Of a stretch of 64,000 nt of DNA, positions 36,142 to 45,529 are shown in pieces. Position numbers and translations under genes: made by a program. Location: the sequence record NC_049849.1, one strand, 5' to 3'. The notes beneath the pieces were generated by a model. That model saw nothing but the letters and a program-made list of their open reading frames with translations. It searched no databases and had not been told where the DNA came from. Numbering within the stretch: the stretch's first letter is position 1; each line of letters begins with the position of its first letter.

Positions 36142-37458
36142 ATGGAAAATCAAACCAACGAAGGAAGCTTCGGCTTCGAACGCAAAGACCTTCCCGCATC
36201 GGTCAAGCTCGGTGCTCAACCCCTTCGCGCTGAACAGACAGTGCAGCCAGGCCAGGACATTACCAGCGGAGACTCGCCGCATAACATCCATGCGCAGCTG
36301 CTGGCTGAAGCTCCCGCGAGTGCTCCGCGTAATCTGGTCGATGAATTCCCGCAGTTCAAACCTGTGCACTTGCGCAAGCCTTTGGCTACGCCGGTCACTC
36401 CTGTAGAGAACCTTGGGCTCAGCAATGCAGCCACTGCCGCTATGGAACGCATGGCGCCTGGTATGACTGCGATGCTTGAGCAAGGCATCACTGGTGGAGT
36501 GCCTCCCGCTCCGCACGTTGAGTCTGTGGCTACTGTGCGCGAACCTGTTGCTACTGCGCAGATAACTGGTCATCAAAGCCCCATTCCGCAGCAACAAGCC
36601 GCGTCGATCCCGCCGCAAGGTCAAGTGTTTATTCCGCAGCTCACGACCGACCCTGTTGTTCAAGCGCCTGGCATCGTGCAACGTCCGAACCTCGGCTACA
36701 TTGATGTGCCTGCTCATGCAGCCTCTGAAGCTGTGCCGGTGAACCTGCCGTCGCGTTTTGGCCTCTATGGATTCCAGGACCTGTACGTCTATCCGCTGAA
36801 GGGTAAGCACCTGGCCAAGTTCGCACGTGCTCATGCAGAATCGAGCTTGCGGTTGACTGTCGAAGCTGTGAGTGCAGCTTGCGTCACCACCAACCAAGCT
36901 TTCCGTGGTGTGAGTCTCGCGCATATGTTGTCGGTGCAAGACTTCTACTATCTCATGTACTTCATGCGCAAGGCGAACTTCCCGAAGACGGAACTGAAGC
37001 ACACGGCGTACTGCTCCAACCGCGATCACCTGTTGCAAGTCGCTAAGGGTGAGCTGCCTGAAGAGTCGTTGAAGATCATGGAGACGGTGCAGCACACACA
37101 ACTGATCGTCACTGAGCTTGAACGCGTGCCGGAGTACTCGAAGCAAATCATGGGCGCTGTTGCATTGCGACCTGCTACCATGATGGACACCATTGAGTGG
37201 GCTGAAGACCCGAGGTTCCAAGATGAGGATGTGAAGTGGCTCGGCCATTGTGCATCGTACATTGCGGCGCCCACGTTTGCTGAACGCATCGCTATTGCTG
37301 AGGAACTCTCGGCTGCGCAGATTCAGCACATCATGGATTACGAACGAGCCTTCGATCACTACGGTGTTGAAGAACGAATCACTGTCAAATGTCGCGGGTG
37401 TGGCGCATCGATGAGGACTACGGTCAACATCGATGCGCACTCTTTTCTTCCCAGTTAA
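36142..37458 (+). CDS. Baseplate hub/tail assembly chaperone (T4 gp26/gp51-like), 438 aa
   Basis: Pro-rich N-terminus, then LPSRFGLY...VYPLKGK and terminal CRGCGA; sits before tape-measure-like genes. Confidence 0.6.
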   Translation: MENQTNEGSFGFERKDLPASVKLGAQPLRAEQTVQPGQDITSGDSPHNIHAQLLAEAPASAPRNLVDEFPQFKPVHLRKPLATPVTPVENLGLSNAATAAMERMAPGMTAMLEQGITGGVPPAPHVESVATVREPVATAQITGHQSPIPQQQAASIPPQGQVFIPQLTTDPVVQAPGIVQRPNLGYIDVPAHAASEAVPVNLPSRFGLYGFQDLYVYPLKGKHLAKFARAHAESSLRLTVEAVSAACVTTNQAFRGVSLAHMLSVQDFYYLMYFMRKANFPKTELKHTAYCSNRDHLLQVAKGELPEESLKIMETVQHTQLIVTELERVPEYSKQIMGAVALRPATMMDTIEWAEDPRFQDEDVKWLGHCASYIAAPTFAERIAIAEELSAAQIQHIMDYERAFDHYGVEERITVKCRGCGASMRTTVNIDAHSFLPS

Positions 37459-37627
37459 TACGTTTGAGGCAATCAAGGATCGGCACCGCATCATCATGAG
37501 TGAGTATCATACGTACTTGGGTGATGAGGCGCCGGTGTGGCAGCTAATGTCGCTATCCGAAGATGCCATCGCACGAAGGGAAGCGCGGATCAAGGCAGCT
37601 CAAGAGAATAAGGTCTATATCGACTAG
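37433..37627 (+). CDS. Small ORF overlapping the chaperone end; candidate frameshift extension (G/GT-like), 64 aa
   Basis: +1 frame relative to the upstream gene, 26 nt overlap, no obvious SD sequence. Confidence 0.5.
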   Translation: MRTLFFPVNTFEAIKDRHRIIMSEYHTYLGDEAPVWQLMSLSEDAIARREARIKAAQENKVYID

Positions 37628-37637
37628 AGGTTAGACA

Positions 37638-39269
37638 ATGCCTAGTTTCCGAACCCCATACGAGCAACAGCAATGGAACAATCTGGACAAGCAGTCGTCG
37701 CAGATGTTCGAGCGCTTGAAGAAAGGCCAAGCCACTTCTCAGGACTTGAAGGACGCACAGTCCCTGGTTGCTCAATACTCTGTACTCGCCAGCACGACGT
37801 TTGAAGAAGGCGTTAAGGCGATGTACATGAGCGCTGAGGCTGCGGCCAAGGCAGCGTCTGATGAAAGAGTAGCTAACGGCGGCGCGCCGTTCGACGAGGT
37901 TGAGTTCGCAGTCTTCATTGATGAGACTGTAACCAAGATCGTAAAGGACGAAGGGGTTGAGCTTGCGCTGACAGTTGAGGACATTATCAAGTCCGAGCTG
38001 ACAGAGCAAGACGACCGTACGTCATCGCTACTCGAAGAAAAGATCAAGCAGTTTCAATCGGACAAGCGAGACGAGCTGCTTGATCCTGAAACCGAACAGC
38101 GCATGGCGGAGTTGCGCGAGAAGTATTCGGGGTCGACTGAGAAGGTTCCTGATGCTACTGCGTTAGAAACTACGACCACGCGTGCTTCTGCGTCTGCTCC
38201 GGTGTCTCAAGCCTTTGAAGCCGAAGTGACCGATGCTGCGCAGTCGAGCATGGAGACCGACAAGAAGCTGCGCGACTTGTTGGATGAGTACGGCAACGAG
38301 AATTGGCGCGACAAGCACGAAGAAGAAAAGGCTTCGATCTGGTGGCGCAAGTTCCAAGACTTCGGTGGCGGTAAGGTCAAGGCTGCTGGTAAGATGGGCC
38401 TTGGGTTGATCGCAGCATCGCTTGGTCTGATTGCACGTACTGCCATGATGGAACTGTCTGGTGCTGAAATCTGGAAGAAGGTAGAGAGCTGGTTCTCGCT
38501 GGATAGCATCAAGGAAATGGGCAGCGCTGCGTGGGAGTATATCTCACGCAAAGGCCGTGAGCTTGCAGACTGGATCAGTGGTCAATTCAAGTCCGCTAGA
38601 GAAAAGCGTGACGAGAATGCAGGCGTGAAGGATACCGATACTGAGGCCGTCAAGGAACTCAAGATCAAACTCCTGCAAGCCGAGACTCGAGCCAAAGAGG
38701 GCTACGCTCTACACGGTAACGAAGAGCTGACCGAGATTGATAAGAAGGAAGTGACGCGACTCAAGTCTGCTCTTGAGCAAGCCATCAAGGATTCGCAAAA
38801 GGCGAAGGGTCCGTTGACCGATGAAAACGGAAACCCTATCACGCTACATGCTGACGGCTCTACCACGGCATCCTCTGGTGGTGGAGGCTCGGGCGGCGGA
38901 GGTGGTGGCGGTTCGACTGTAGGCGGAATGCCTGCTACTCCGGGCACCGCTAGTCAAACCAATCCTGTCGAGCAAGCTGCGTCGTCTACGGTTAACAACC
39001 AAGTCGATATGTCTCAGACTGCTGGGTCGACTACGGTCAATCAAGACCAGACCGTGACTCCGGGATCGACGACGCAAGTTAGCCAAGACCAGAACATGAC
39101 GCCTGCGGTATCTGTTCCTGCACCGGGGTCGGCTCCTGCCGAAAGCGCATCGCCTAGTCGAGCTGCTCCGCAAGCCGGTGGTGCTCAGACTGCTAGCCTT
39201 GCGACCATTCCTAATCAGAGTGGCATGACTGACTTCCTCGGCATGTATAACTTTGGGATGTTCACGTAA
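37638..39269 (+). CDS. Tape-measure-like/hub protein, 543 aa
   Basis: Helical, charged sequence with GKMGLGLIAASLGLIA and a low-complexity tail; position after the chaperone. Confidence 0.55.
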   Translation: MPSFRTPYEQQQWNNLDKQSSQMFERLKKGQATSQDLKDAQSLVAQYSVLASTTFEEGVKAMYMSAEAAAKAASDERVANGGAPFDEVEFAVFIDETVTKIVKDEGVELALTVEDIIKSELTEQDDRTSSLLEEKIKQFQSDKRDELLDPETEQRMAELREKYSGSTEKVPDATALETTTTRASASAPVSQAFEAEVTDAAQSSMETDKKLRDLLDEYGNENWRDKHEEEKASIWWRKFQDFGGGKVKAAGKMGLGLIAASLGLIARTAMMELSGAEIWKKVESWFSLDSIKEMGSAAWEYISRKGRELADWISGQFKSAREKRDENAGVKDTDTEAVKELKIKLLQAETRAKEGYALHGNEELTEIDKKEVTRLKSALEQAIKDSQKAKGPLTDENGNPITLHADGSTTASSGGGGSGGGGGGGSTVGGMPATPGTASQTNPVEQAASSTVNNQVDMSQTAGSTTVNQDQTVTPGSTTQVSQDQNMTPAVSVPAPGSAPAESASPSRAAPQAGGAQTASLATIPNQSGMTDFLGMYNFGMFT

Positions 39270-40765
39270 TGAGAAACGTTGCTGAGGTACATAGAGTATA
39301 TGCCTCAGACTTGAAGGCGGGGCCGTTCAACGACGAGCGCAACGGTGAACTCTATCAGTTCATCGTGGCAGCGGATGCGGCAGATGCGCCGCCCGAGTCT
39401 GCGCTCAAGCGTGCGGTTCAACGCAACGTAGAACAACGCGCCCGGCGTGAGGAAGAAGACGAAGAGCACAAGTCTGAGTCCAAGCGCAAGGGCGTGGGTA
39501 AGAAGATCGCAGCGAAGATTATACGCACTGCCGGTCGAGTGATTCTCCGAGCTGCTAAGGCCGGCCTGCGTATGATGTGGACCGTTACCAAGTTCCTGGG
39601 CCGCATCGTTGCGCGTTTCATCCTGCCTGGTATCTTGCAGGGCTTAGCCGCAATGCTAACCACGCCGCTAGGCTGGGGCTTAGGTGCATTGGTTGGTGCA
39701 GGCGCACTCGGCTACTTCCTATACAAGACGATGTTTAAGGACGAAAGCCCTGATGTGGTACGTGCGCAATCGCAAAACCTTACCGGCGATCAGCTGAATG
39801 AAAAGCTGGACGATGAGAACGTGTTTGACCAAGCTGAGTCCAACATGCTATCACGACTCGGTTTGAGTAGCGACGATATGCTGGAGCTGCGCACAACTCA
39901 ACTGCAACGTACGGGCCTCGAAGCTACGCTCTACGCTGTAGATGAAATGGCAAAGCTGCAAGGTCGTCCTGCAGCTACGGGTGTTGCTGTGACTGGAACC
40001 CTAGGCACTGGAACATATGGTGCGGCTGTGCCTCAGCTTAGCCCGAACTCCGATAAGTCGTATCCTCTGAAAGGCGATGCGAAGAGTAGGCTCGACTCAG
40101 TCGTACGTGGCATGAACGCTGCAGGCATGACGGACCCGAATGAGCGCGCAATGTTTCTTGCGCAGCTGGCACACGAGTCTGGCAACTTCCGCTACATGCG
40201 TGAAATCTGGAACCCTGCTCAGGTGCCTGCTCAAGGTCGTTATGAAGGTCGTAAGGACTTGGGCAACTTGCAGCCAGGCGACGGCTTCAGATTTCGTGGT
40301 CGTGGTTTCATTCAGGTAACGGGTAGGACCAACTACAGACAAGCTGGGCAATACATCGGGATAGACCTCGAAGCTGATCCAGACTTGGCGAGTGATCCTG
40401 ATGTTGCGGTGAAGATTGCGCTGTGGTATTGGCGCAAGGCCCGTCCAAAGATTCCGCAGCTTGCGAAGGCTGGAGATATCCGCGGCGTCACCAAGTTGAT
40501 TAACGGCGGCTACAACGGCTTGCAGGATCGGGTGAACAAGTTCTATCAATACCAGAAGAAGCTAGCCTCTGGTGAGATAGGACAGACCGAAGCTACCGCA
40601 GACCTTCCGCCGGCTACTCCGCCAATGACTCAACAGCAGCAACAGCTTGTGGCAGAGAAGAAGCAGGTCGAGCAGAACGCTAGGAACCTGCACGTATCGC
40701 AGCCGCAAGCAACAAACACACAATACCTCAAGATGGGTAACAAGGTCATGGCCGTGAACCCATAG
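39269..40765 (+). CDS. Tail-associated protein with GH19 (chitinase-like) muramidase domain, 498 aa
   Basis: AMFLAQLAHESGNF, FRGRGFIQVTGRTNY and VTKLINGGYNGLQDR. Confidence 0.85.
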   Translation: MRNVAEVHRVYASDLKAGPFNDERNGELYQFIVAADAADAPPESALKRAVQRNVEQRARREEEDEEHKSESKRKGVGKKIAAKIIRTAGRVILRAAKAGLRMMWTVTKFLGRIVARFILPGILQGLAAMLTTPLGWGLGALVGAGALGYFLYKTMFKDESPDVVRAQSQNLTGDQLNEKLDDENVFDQAESNMLSRLGLSSDDMLELRTTQLQRTGLEATLYAVDEMAKLQGRPAATGVAVTGTLGTGTYGAAVPQLSPNSDKSYPLKGDAKSRLDSVVRGMNAAGMTDPNERAMFLAQLAHESGNFRYMREIWNPAQVPAQGRYEGRKDLGNLQPGDGFRFRGRGFIQVTGRTNYRQAGQYIGIDLEADPDLASDPDVAVKIALWYWRKARPKIPQLAKAGDIRGVTKLINGGYNGLQDRVNKFYQYQKKLASGEIGQTEATADLPPATPPMTQQQQQLVAEKKQVEQNARNLHVSQPQATNTQYLKMGNKVMAVNP

Positions 40766-40773
40766 GAACTGAT

Positions 40774-41832
40774 ATGGCATACAATGGCAATCCATTCTAC
40801 TCGGTGTTGATTCTCAGCACCAACTCGGATGATCCGAAGAAGAGTGTGAACGTTCGAGCTCCGCTGCCGCAGTCGTTCATCTACGATACGGCCGCGCAAT
40901 ACGAAGCGCCGTTTGCACAAGGCTTGACTGGTCGAGGCTTTCTCGACTCGATGCTCAAGGCCGGTAACATCCGTTGGGTCAACCAGACTCTGACTGCGCA
41001 GATTTGGCAGGGCACTACCGATACCGTGCTTGGTCTGGAACTCGAGTTCCAAGCCACGTACGATGCGGACGCTGAAGTGCGGCAGCCCATCATGTCGCTG
41101 ATTAATCTTACGACTCCCGATACGTTGGGTGACAACGGAGTTCTAACTTCGCCGGGTCCTAAGCTGGACCTCAAGGTCCTGCAAGAGCTGAACGCGCAGT
41201 CAAGGGAAATCAATGCAGCTAACGAACAGCCTACGGCGTTTGGTGCTGATGCGAATCTGAAGACCACGACGGCTAGCGATCCCTCGAAGCAGGTCATCAA
41301 CGGTGCGTCGACTTCGGTCAATACGCAAGCGCCTGCTGATAACTCCTCGTTCGGTTCGAAAGAGGCAGTCAAGAAATACATCAAGAACCAAATCTCGATC
41401 CAAGTTGGCAACTACGCATTCTTCGATTCGGTCGTGATTGAGTCGGTGCAGAAGACGTATGAGTCGCAGCTTGATGCCGTGACTGGTCTGCCACATTACG
41501 CAAAGGTCGCCATCCAGTTCAAGCCGCTGTTCATGATCGTACAGAAAGACCTGCCGAACATCTTTAGACCGCCGCAGGTACGGAACACCGGAGTGTCGAG
41601 TACGCCTAACACTGTCGGCGCTGCCGTTGGTGCTAATGCTCCGGGTGCTGGTGCTCTGATTGTTGGCGGTGGGTTCGGTGGTGGCATTCCTGGCGGTGCG
41701 GGCAACAACGGTGTGGCTCAAGCGTCGCCCGTGAACTTGCAGAACGCAGTGCCTGTGCCTTTGGATAATCCTGTCGCTCAGTCTGCGCCGATCAACGTTG
41801 CCGCAGGTCCTGCAGCAGTACCGTTGGCATAA
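40774..41832 (+). CDS. Baseplate/tube-cap protein (T4 gp48-like), 352 aa
   Basis: Position and pattern (APLPQSFIYD...LELEFQA...IQVGNYAFFDSVVIESV...AKVAIQFKP). Confidence 0.55.
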   Translation: MAYNGNPFYSVLILSTNSDDPKKSVNVRAPLPQSFIYDTAAQYEAPFAQGLTGRGFLDSMLKAGNIRWVNQTLTAQIWQGTTDTVLGLELEFQATYDADAEVRQPIMSLINLTTPDTLGDNGVLTSPGPKLDLKVLQELNAQSREINAANEQPTAFGADANLKTTTASDPSKQVINGASTSVNTQAPADNSSFGSKEAVKKYIKNQISIQVGNYAFFDSVVIESVQKTYESQLDAVTGLPHYAKVAIQFKPLFMIVQKDLPNIFRPPQVRNTGVSSTPNTVGAAVGANAPGAGALIVGGGFGGGIPGGAGNNGVAQASPVNLQNAVPVPLDNPVAQSAPINVAAGPAAVPLA

Positions 41833-41842
41833 GGAGTAGAGA

Positions 41843-42178
41843 ATGGCACAAGACTATTCATGGAGCAAATACACTCCAGTCGACAACACCGGCAACAATC
41901 GTTCGATCTTCAAGTCGGCATATAAGAACGTTCGGTTTGCTTTGGTTCCGAATCGCCGTATCACGTTGGACGAATCGCAGGCAGCGAACCTACCAGGCTT
42001 GAGCCATGCGGAGTACGGAGTGTGGGACTTTTGGGAAATCTTGCTGGCCTACAATGGCTTGCAAGACCCCATTCAGGATGTGGTAGCAGGCATGCCATTT
42101 CTGCTCCCAACCAAAGCGTCGATCATTTCCTACCTGACAAGACAACAAGCAACGAACACCACAACGTTGACCATCTGA
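41843..42178 (+). CDS. LysM-like baseplate wedge protein (T4 gp53/P2 gpX-like), 111 aa
   Basis: LSHAEYGVWDFWEILLAYNGLQDP...LLPT. Confidence 0.7.
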   Translation: MAQDYSWSKYTPVDNTGNNRSIFKSAYKNVRFALVPNRRITLDESQAANLPGLSHAEYGVWDFWEILLAYNGLQDPIQDVVAGMPFLLPTKASIISYLTRQQATNTTTLTI

Positions 42179-42179
42179 T

Positions 42180-43304
42180 ATGAGCTACAACATACAAGAC
42201 CGACTCTCGATCAGCATTGCGTTTGAGGGTACTGAATATCCCCTAAGCAAATTTAATGTCTTGAATTTCTTGCACATCAGTTCGAGCATCAAGATGTTGT
42301 TGCCGCAGTTTCATATGTCGATCACGGACCAGTCTGGTATGTTGAACCGTGTAGGCATTCGAGATTCGTCCCGAGTGACTATCACCATTTCTGCAATCGG
42401 TCCTGACTCGGTGAGCAAGACCTACAGGTTCCGCGTCTACTCGTTCAAGAACTCGGAGACTGGGACGGGCACTCAGTGGGAAATGGATGGCTACCTTGAC
42501 TCGGTGCCGTACTGGATCACGACGGTCAACGATGGAATGCGCGGAACCTCTAACGAAGTGCTGGAACAGATCGCACAACGCTGCGGCCTTCGTTATGATG
42601 GTACTGTGACCAACGATGCGCAGCTGTGGCTCCCGCAGAATCGCATATGGGGTGAATTCGCACGGCGCATTGTCTCGCGTGGCTATGCCAACGACAAGTC
42701 GTGCATGAAGGCTGTAGTGACCAAGGAAGGCGTGCTGCGCTACAAGGATATCAACAACCTGCCCGAGCCTCAGTACTCGCTACTGCAGGGCGAAATGAAA
42801 GATGGTTGGTTGCCAATCGTTGATCACCGGCCGGTTAGCGAATCGGGAATGCAAAACGCATTGACGGGATATCAAGCGACGAGACGGCAGCAGTCTGTAG
42901 TGGCGCCTGTCGATCAGCTCGAGTTCTCTGAGTTGGCGTTCAAGCCTGACTCTAGATCGCCGCTGTACAACCTGGAAACCAAACGCGAAGTTGGTAGAGG
43001 CCGGCAGCAGTACTCGCCGATTGATGTGGGTAACGTGCATCCTGCATACGAGCAAGCTGCGTATCAGAACGTGCGATACGGCAACCTGTACAACTTGGCG
43101 ATTGAATGCCAGTCGATCTTTCCGACGCCGCTGCAAGTCCTAGACAAGTTCAACTTCAGCTCGCAGCTGCTGCAAGGTGAAGCCAACAACGTGGCTAACG
43201 GTACGTACATTCAGACCGGGCACGTGGTCTTCCTGCAAGGCATCAACTACTACGAGAAGATCATCGGCGTACGCCACGGCACAAACATTTCGGAACAGCA
43301 ATAA
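42180..43304 (+). CDS. Baseplate hub protein (T4 gp27/Mu gp44-like), 374 aa
   Basis: Lies between the LysM protein and the spike; size and beta-rich pattern fit. Confidence 0.6.
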   Translation: MSYNIQDRLSISIAFEGTEYPLSKFNVLNFLHISSSIKMLLPQFHMSITDQSGMLNRVGIRDSSRVTITISAIGPDSVSKTYRFRVYSFKNSETGTGTQWEMDGYLDSVPYWITTVNDGMRGTSNEVLEQIAQRCGLRYDGTVTNDAQLWLPQNRIWGEFARRIVSRGYANDKSCMKAVVTKEGVLRYKDINNLPEPQYSLLQGEMKDGWLPIVDHRPVSESGMQNALTGYQATRRQQSVVAPVDQLEFSELAFKPDSRSPLYNLETKREVGRGRQQYSPIDVGNVHPAYEQAAYQNVRYGNLYNLAIECQSIFPTPLQVLDKFNFSSQLLQGEANNVANGTYIQTGHVVFLQGINYYEKIIGVRHGTNISEQQ

Positions 43305-44122
43305 TGTCGCAGGTAAACAGCCTAAACGAAAACATGGAGGCCTCTGGTGACGGCACTGACCGTCGTTACCTGGGCCGTGTTACCGCTTATGAAGACCCCG
43401 CTGGTCAGAATCGGTTTCAAGCGGACATTCAGGGCGAGTTCGGTGAAGGTGAGAAACCGCTGATTGGTCGAGTGCATCAGTCGCCGTTCGGCATCGGCCC
43501 TGGCTTCGGAGTCTATGGCAGCCCAGCGCCTGGCAGCTTAGCAGTCATGAGTTTTCAAGACGGCGACAAGAACTACGGTATGCTGGAAGGCTTCATGATT
43601 TCCGCATCCGATGTGAACCCCGAGTTCCGCGATGGCAAGGTGTGGGGCTACGTCGATCCGAATGGCACGAAGCTCAAGGTCGATACGCGGAACCAAACGT
43701 ATGAGTTCGTGCATGTGTCTGGCACTGAATACCAAATCGACGCATCTGGCAATCTCACGATGCACACGGTCGGCGGCAAGACTGTTCAGATCGACCAGAA
43801 CCTGAACATCCATGTGAACGGCAATGCCTCAATCGTTAGCGATGGGCAGATGTATATCAAGGGCAGTGACGCCGTGATCGATTGCAATACGACGATCAAC
43901 GGCAACTTGCAGGTCAATGGTAACGCTTCGATCCAGCGCCGCTTGTCCTACTTCGGCGGCTTGACTGGTCGCAATACGTATGGCGGCGGCGGTGATGCTG
44001 CAGACATTCAGGGCAACGTTCTGCACTCGAACGGCAGTATCATATCCAACAACGTGACCTTGCACACTCACCAACATGATGCACCTAACGGCAGAACCTC
44101 TTCACCAATCGTAGGAAGCTAA
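43304..44122 (+). CDS. Central baseplate spike (gp5/gpV-like), 272 aa
   Basis: OB-fold start (GRVTAYEDPAGQNR; PAPGSLAVMSFQDGD), beta-helix repeats and a terminal HTHQH metal-binding tip. Confidence 0.8.
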   Translation: MSQVNSLNENMEASGDGTDRRYLGRVTAYEDPAGQNRFQADIQGEFGEGEKPLIGRVHQSPFGIGPGFGVYGSPAPGSLAVMSFQDGDKNYGMLEGFMISASDVNPEFRDGKVWGYVDPNGTKLKVDTRNQTYEFVHVSGTEYQIDASGNLTMHTVGGKTVQIDQNLNIHVNGNASIVSDGQMYIKGSDAVIDCNTTINGNLQVNGNASIQRRLSYFGGLTGRNTYGGGGDAADIQGNVLHSNGSIISNNVTLHTHQHDAPNGRTSSPIVGS

Positions 44123-44123
44123 G

Positions 44124-44186
44124 ATGGCAGCCCCTAGTAATTTTATGCTTCAGTTGCAGGGCGCTGACTGGATCGCGCTACCCTGA
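44124..44186 (+). pseudogene. Truncated remnant of the gp25 gene 5' end (MAAPSNFMLQLQGADWIALP*)
   Basis: 12 of the first 17 codons encode the same residues as the gp25 N-terminus at 45108 (MSAPTNFALNLSGADWI). Confidence 0.75.
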
Positions 44187-44199
44187 AAGTGTACCTTAC

Positions 44200-44208
44200 A
44201 ATTTAATA
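44200..44208 (+). promoter_or_regulatory. Candidate late-promoter motif AATTTAATA for the homing endonuclease
   Basis: About 20 nt upstream of the ATG at 44230, followed by AGGAGG RBS. Confidence 0.45.
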
Positions 44209-44229
44209 GCATTCTCAGGAGGCTATTAA

Positions 44230-45111
44230 ATGAAAGAGCACTATGTGTATGTACTGCGCATCAAACGGGCACGCGCTCCGTTCTACGTTGGTAAAGGCAA
44301 GGGTCGCCGTGCTTGGATGCACTTCACCAAGCGTGAACTGGCGATCAAGAGTCACAAAAGTCACACTATTCTGAAAGCAATGGCTGAAGGCAAAGAGGTT
44401 TTAGTTGAGTTCATCAAAGAGAATCTGACTGATGCGCAGGCATGCAAACTCGAAATAGCGACCATTGCAAAATATGGCCGTCGACTGGATGGCAGTGGCA
44501 TCCTCACCAATCAAGCAGTTGGTGGAGAGTCTCGCAGCGGATGGACACATTCGGAAGAAGCCAAGCGCAAGATTGCGAAGACAGGCAAGGGGCGTAAGCA
44601 CACTGAAGAAACCAAGCAGCGCATTGCCGACTGCTCACGTAAACAAAAACACAAGCCACACACAGAAGAAGCTAAGCGCAAAATCAGTGAGGCTGGTAAA
44701 GGCCGCTCAAACGGACCCATGTCAGAGGAACAGAAAGCCAAGATAAGTGCGGCACTCAAAGGTCGCAAAGTTCCGCGAGAACGTGTAGAGAGAAGTGCTG
44801 CAAGCAATCGCGGCAAGAAGCGATCCGAAGAAACCAAACGAAAGATTAGCGAGTCGCGCATGGGTCTTTCTTATGGACCTATGTCAGAGGCGCACAAAAA
44901 GAAAATCAGCAAAGCCAACAAAGGTAGGACGAAATCTCCGGAGTCGATTGCGAAAACAGCAGCAGGCAATAAAGGACAGAAACGTACACCAGAACAGAGG
45001 GAACGTATGCGGCAAGCAGCACTGAATAGAAAACCATTTTCCAAAGAACATAAAGCGGCTCTGTCCGCAGCGCAGCGTAAGCGCCATGCAAAGCTTAGAG
45101 GTGAAGCATGA
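44230..45111 (+). mobile_element. Free-standing homing endonuclease gene, GIY-YIG-type with about nine NUMOD3 repeats, 293 aa
   Basis: HYVYVL...FYVGKG.G.R catalytic domain, LTN motif, then repeats such as HSEEAKRKIA, HTEETKQRIA and MSEEQKAKIS. Confidence 0.85.
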
Positions 45112-45527
45112 GTGCCCCTACTAATTTCGCCCTCAATTTATCCGGCGCTGATTGGATCGACGTAAACACGTTGATGACCCAGTCGGTGTATCCTGATCGA
45201 CTACCCGATGAGCTCTCAATCACCAATGCGTCGCTCATCAATCTTTTGAACTGCCCCATCGGTGCGCGTGGTCGAATCTTTGAGCCGACCTATGGCTCGA
45301 TGATCTACCAATACCTTCAGGAGCCCATTGATGAGACGACTGCTCAAGCGATTCAAGTCTCGTTCATTCAAGCAATCGCTAAATGGGAACCGCGGATTGA
45401 ACTGGATTACTCTGGCACATACATTCGCCCTGACTATACCATTCCTGGTTATCACATACGTCTGGCATTCACCATAGTACTGAGTGGTGCCAAGGCTACG
45501 GTCGACTTCAATCTTGCTCAAGGCTAA
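45108..45527 (+). CDS. Baseplate wedge protein gp25-like, 139 aa
   Basis: LLNCPIGARGRIFEPTYGS...LQEP...AIAKWEPRIEL. Confidence 0.9.
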   Translation: MSAPTNFALNLSGADWIDVNTLMTQSVYPDRLPDELSITNASLINLLNCPIGARGRIFEPTYGSMIYQYLQEPIDETTAQAIQVSFIQAIAKWEPRIELDYSGTYIRPDYTIPGYHIRLAFTIVLSGAKATVDFNLAQG

Positions 45528-45529
45528 TT

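Noticed and set aside
38875-38915. GGC/GGT microsatellite-like runs (also near 16320-16370 and 61495-61520)
   Set aside because: They encode Gly/Ser linkers in frame and are not independent repeats.
44124-45160. Group I intron interrupting gp25
   Set aside because: Only about 45 nt lie between the remnant and the endonuclease ATG, and none after it, leaving no room for a ribozyme core. The downstream copy has its own complete start, so splicing is unnecessary.
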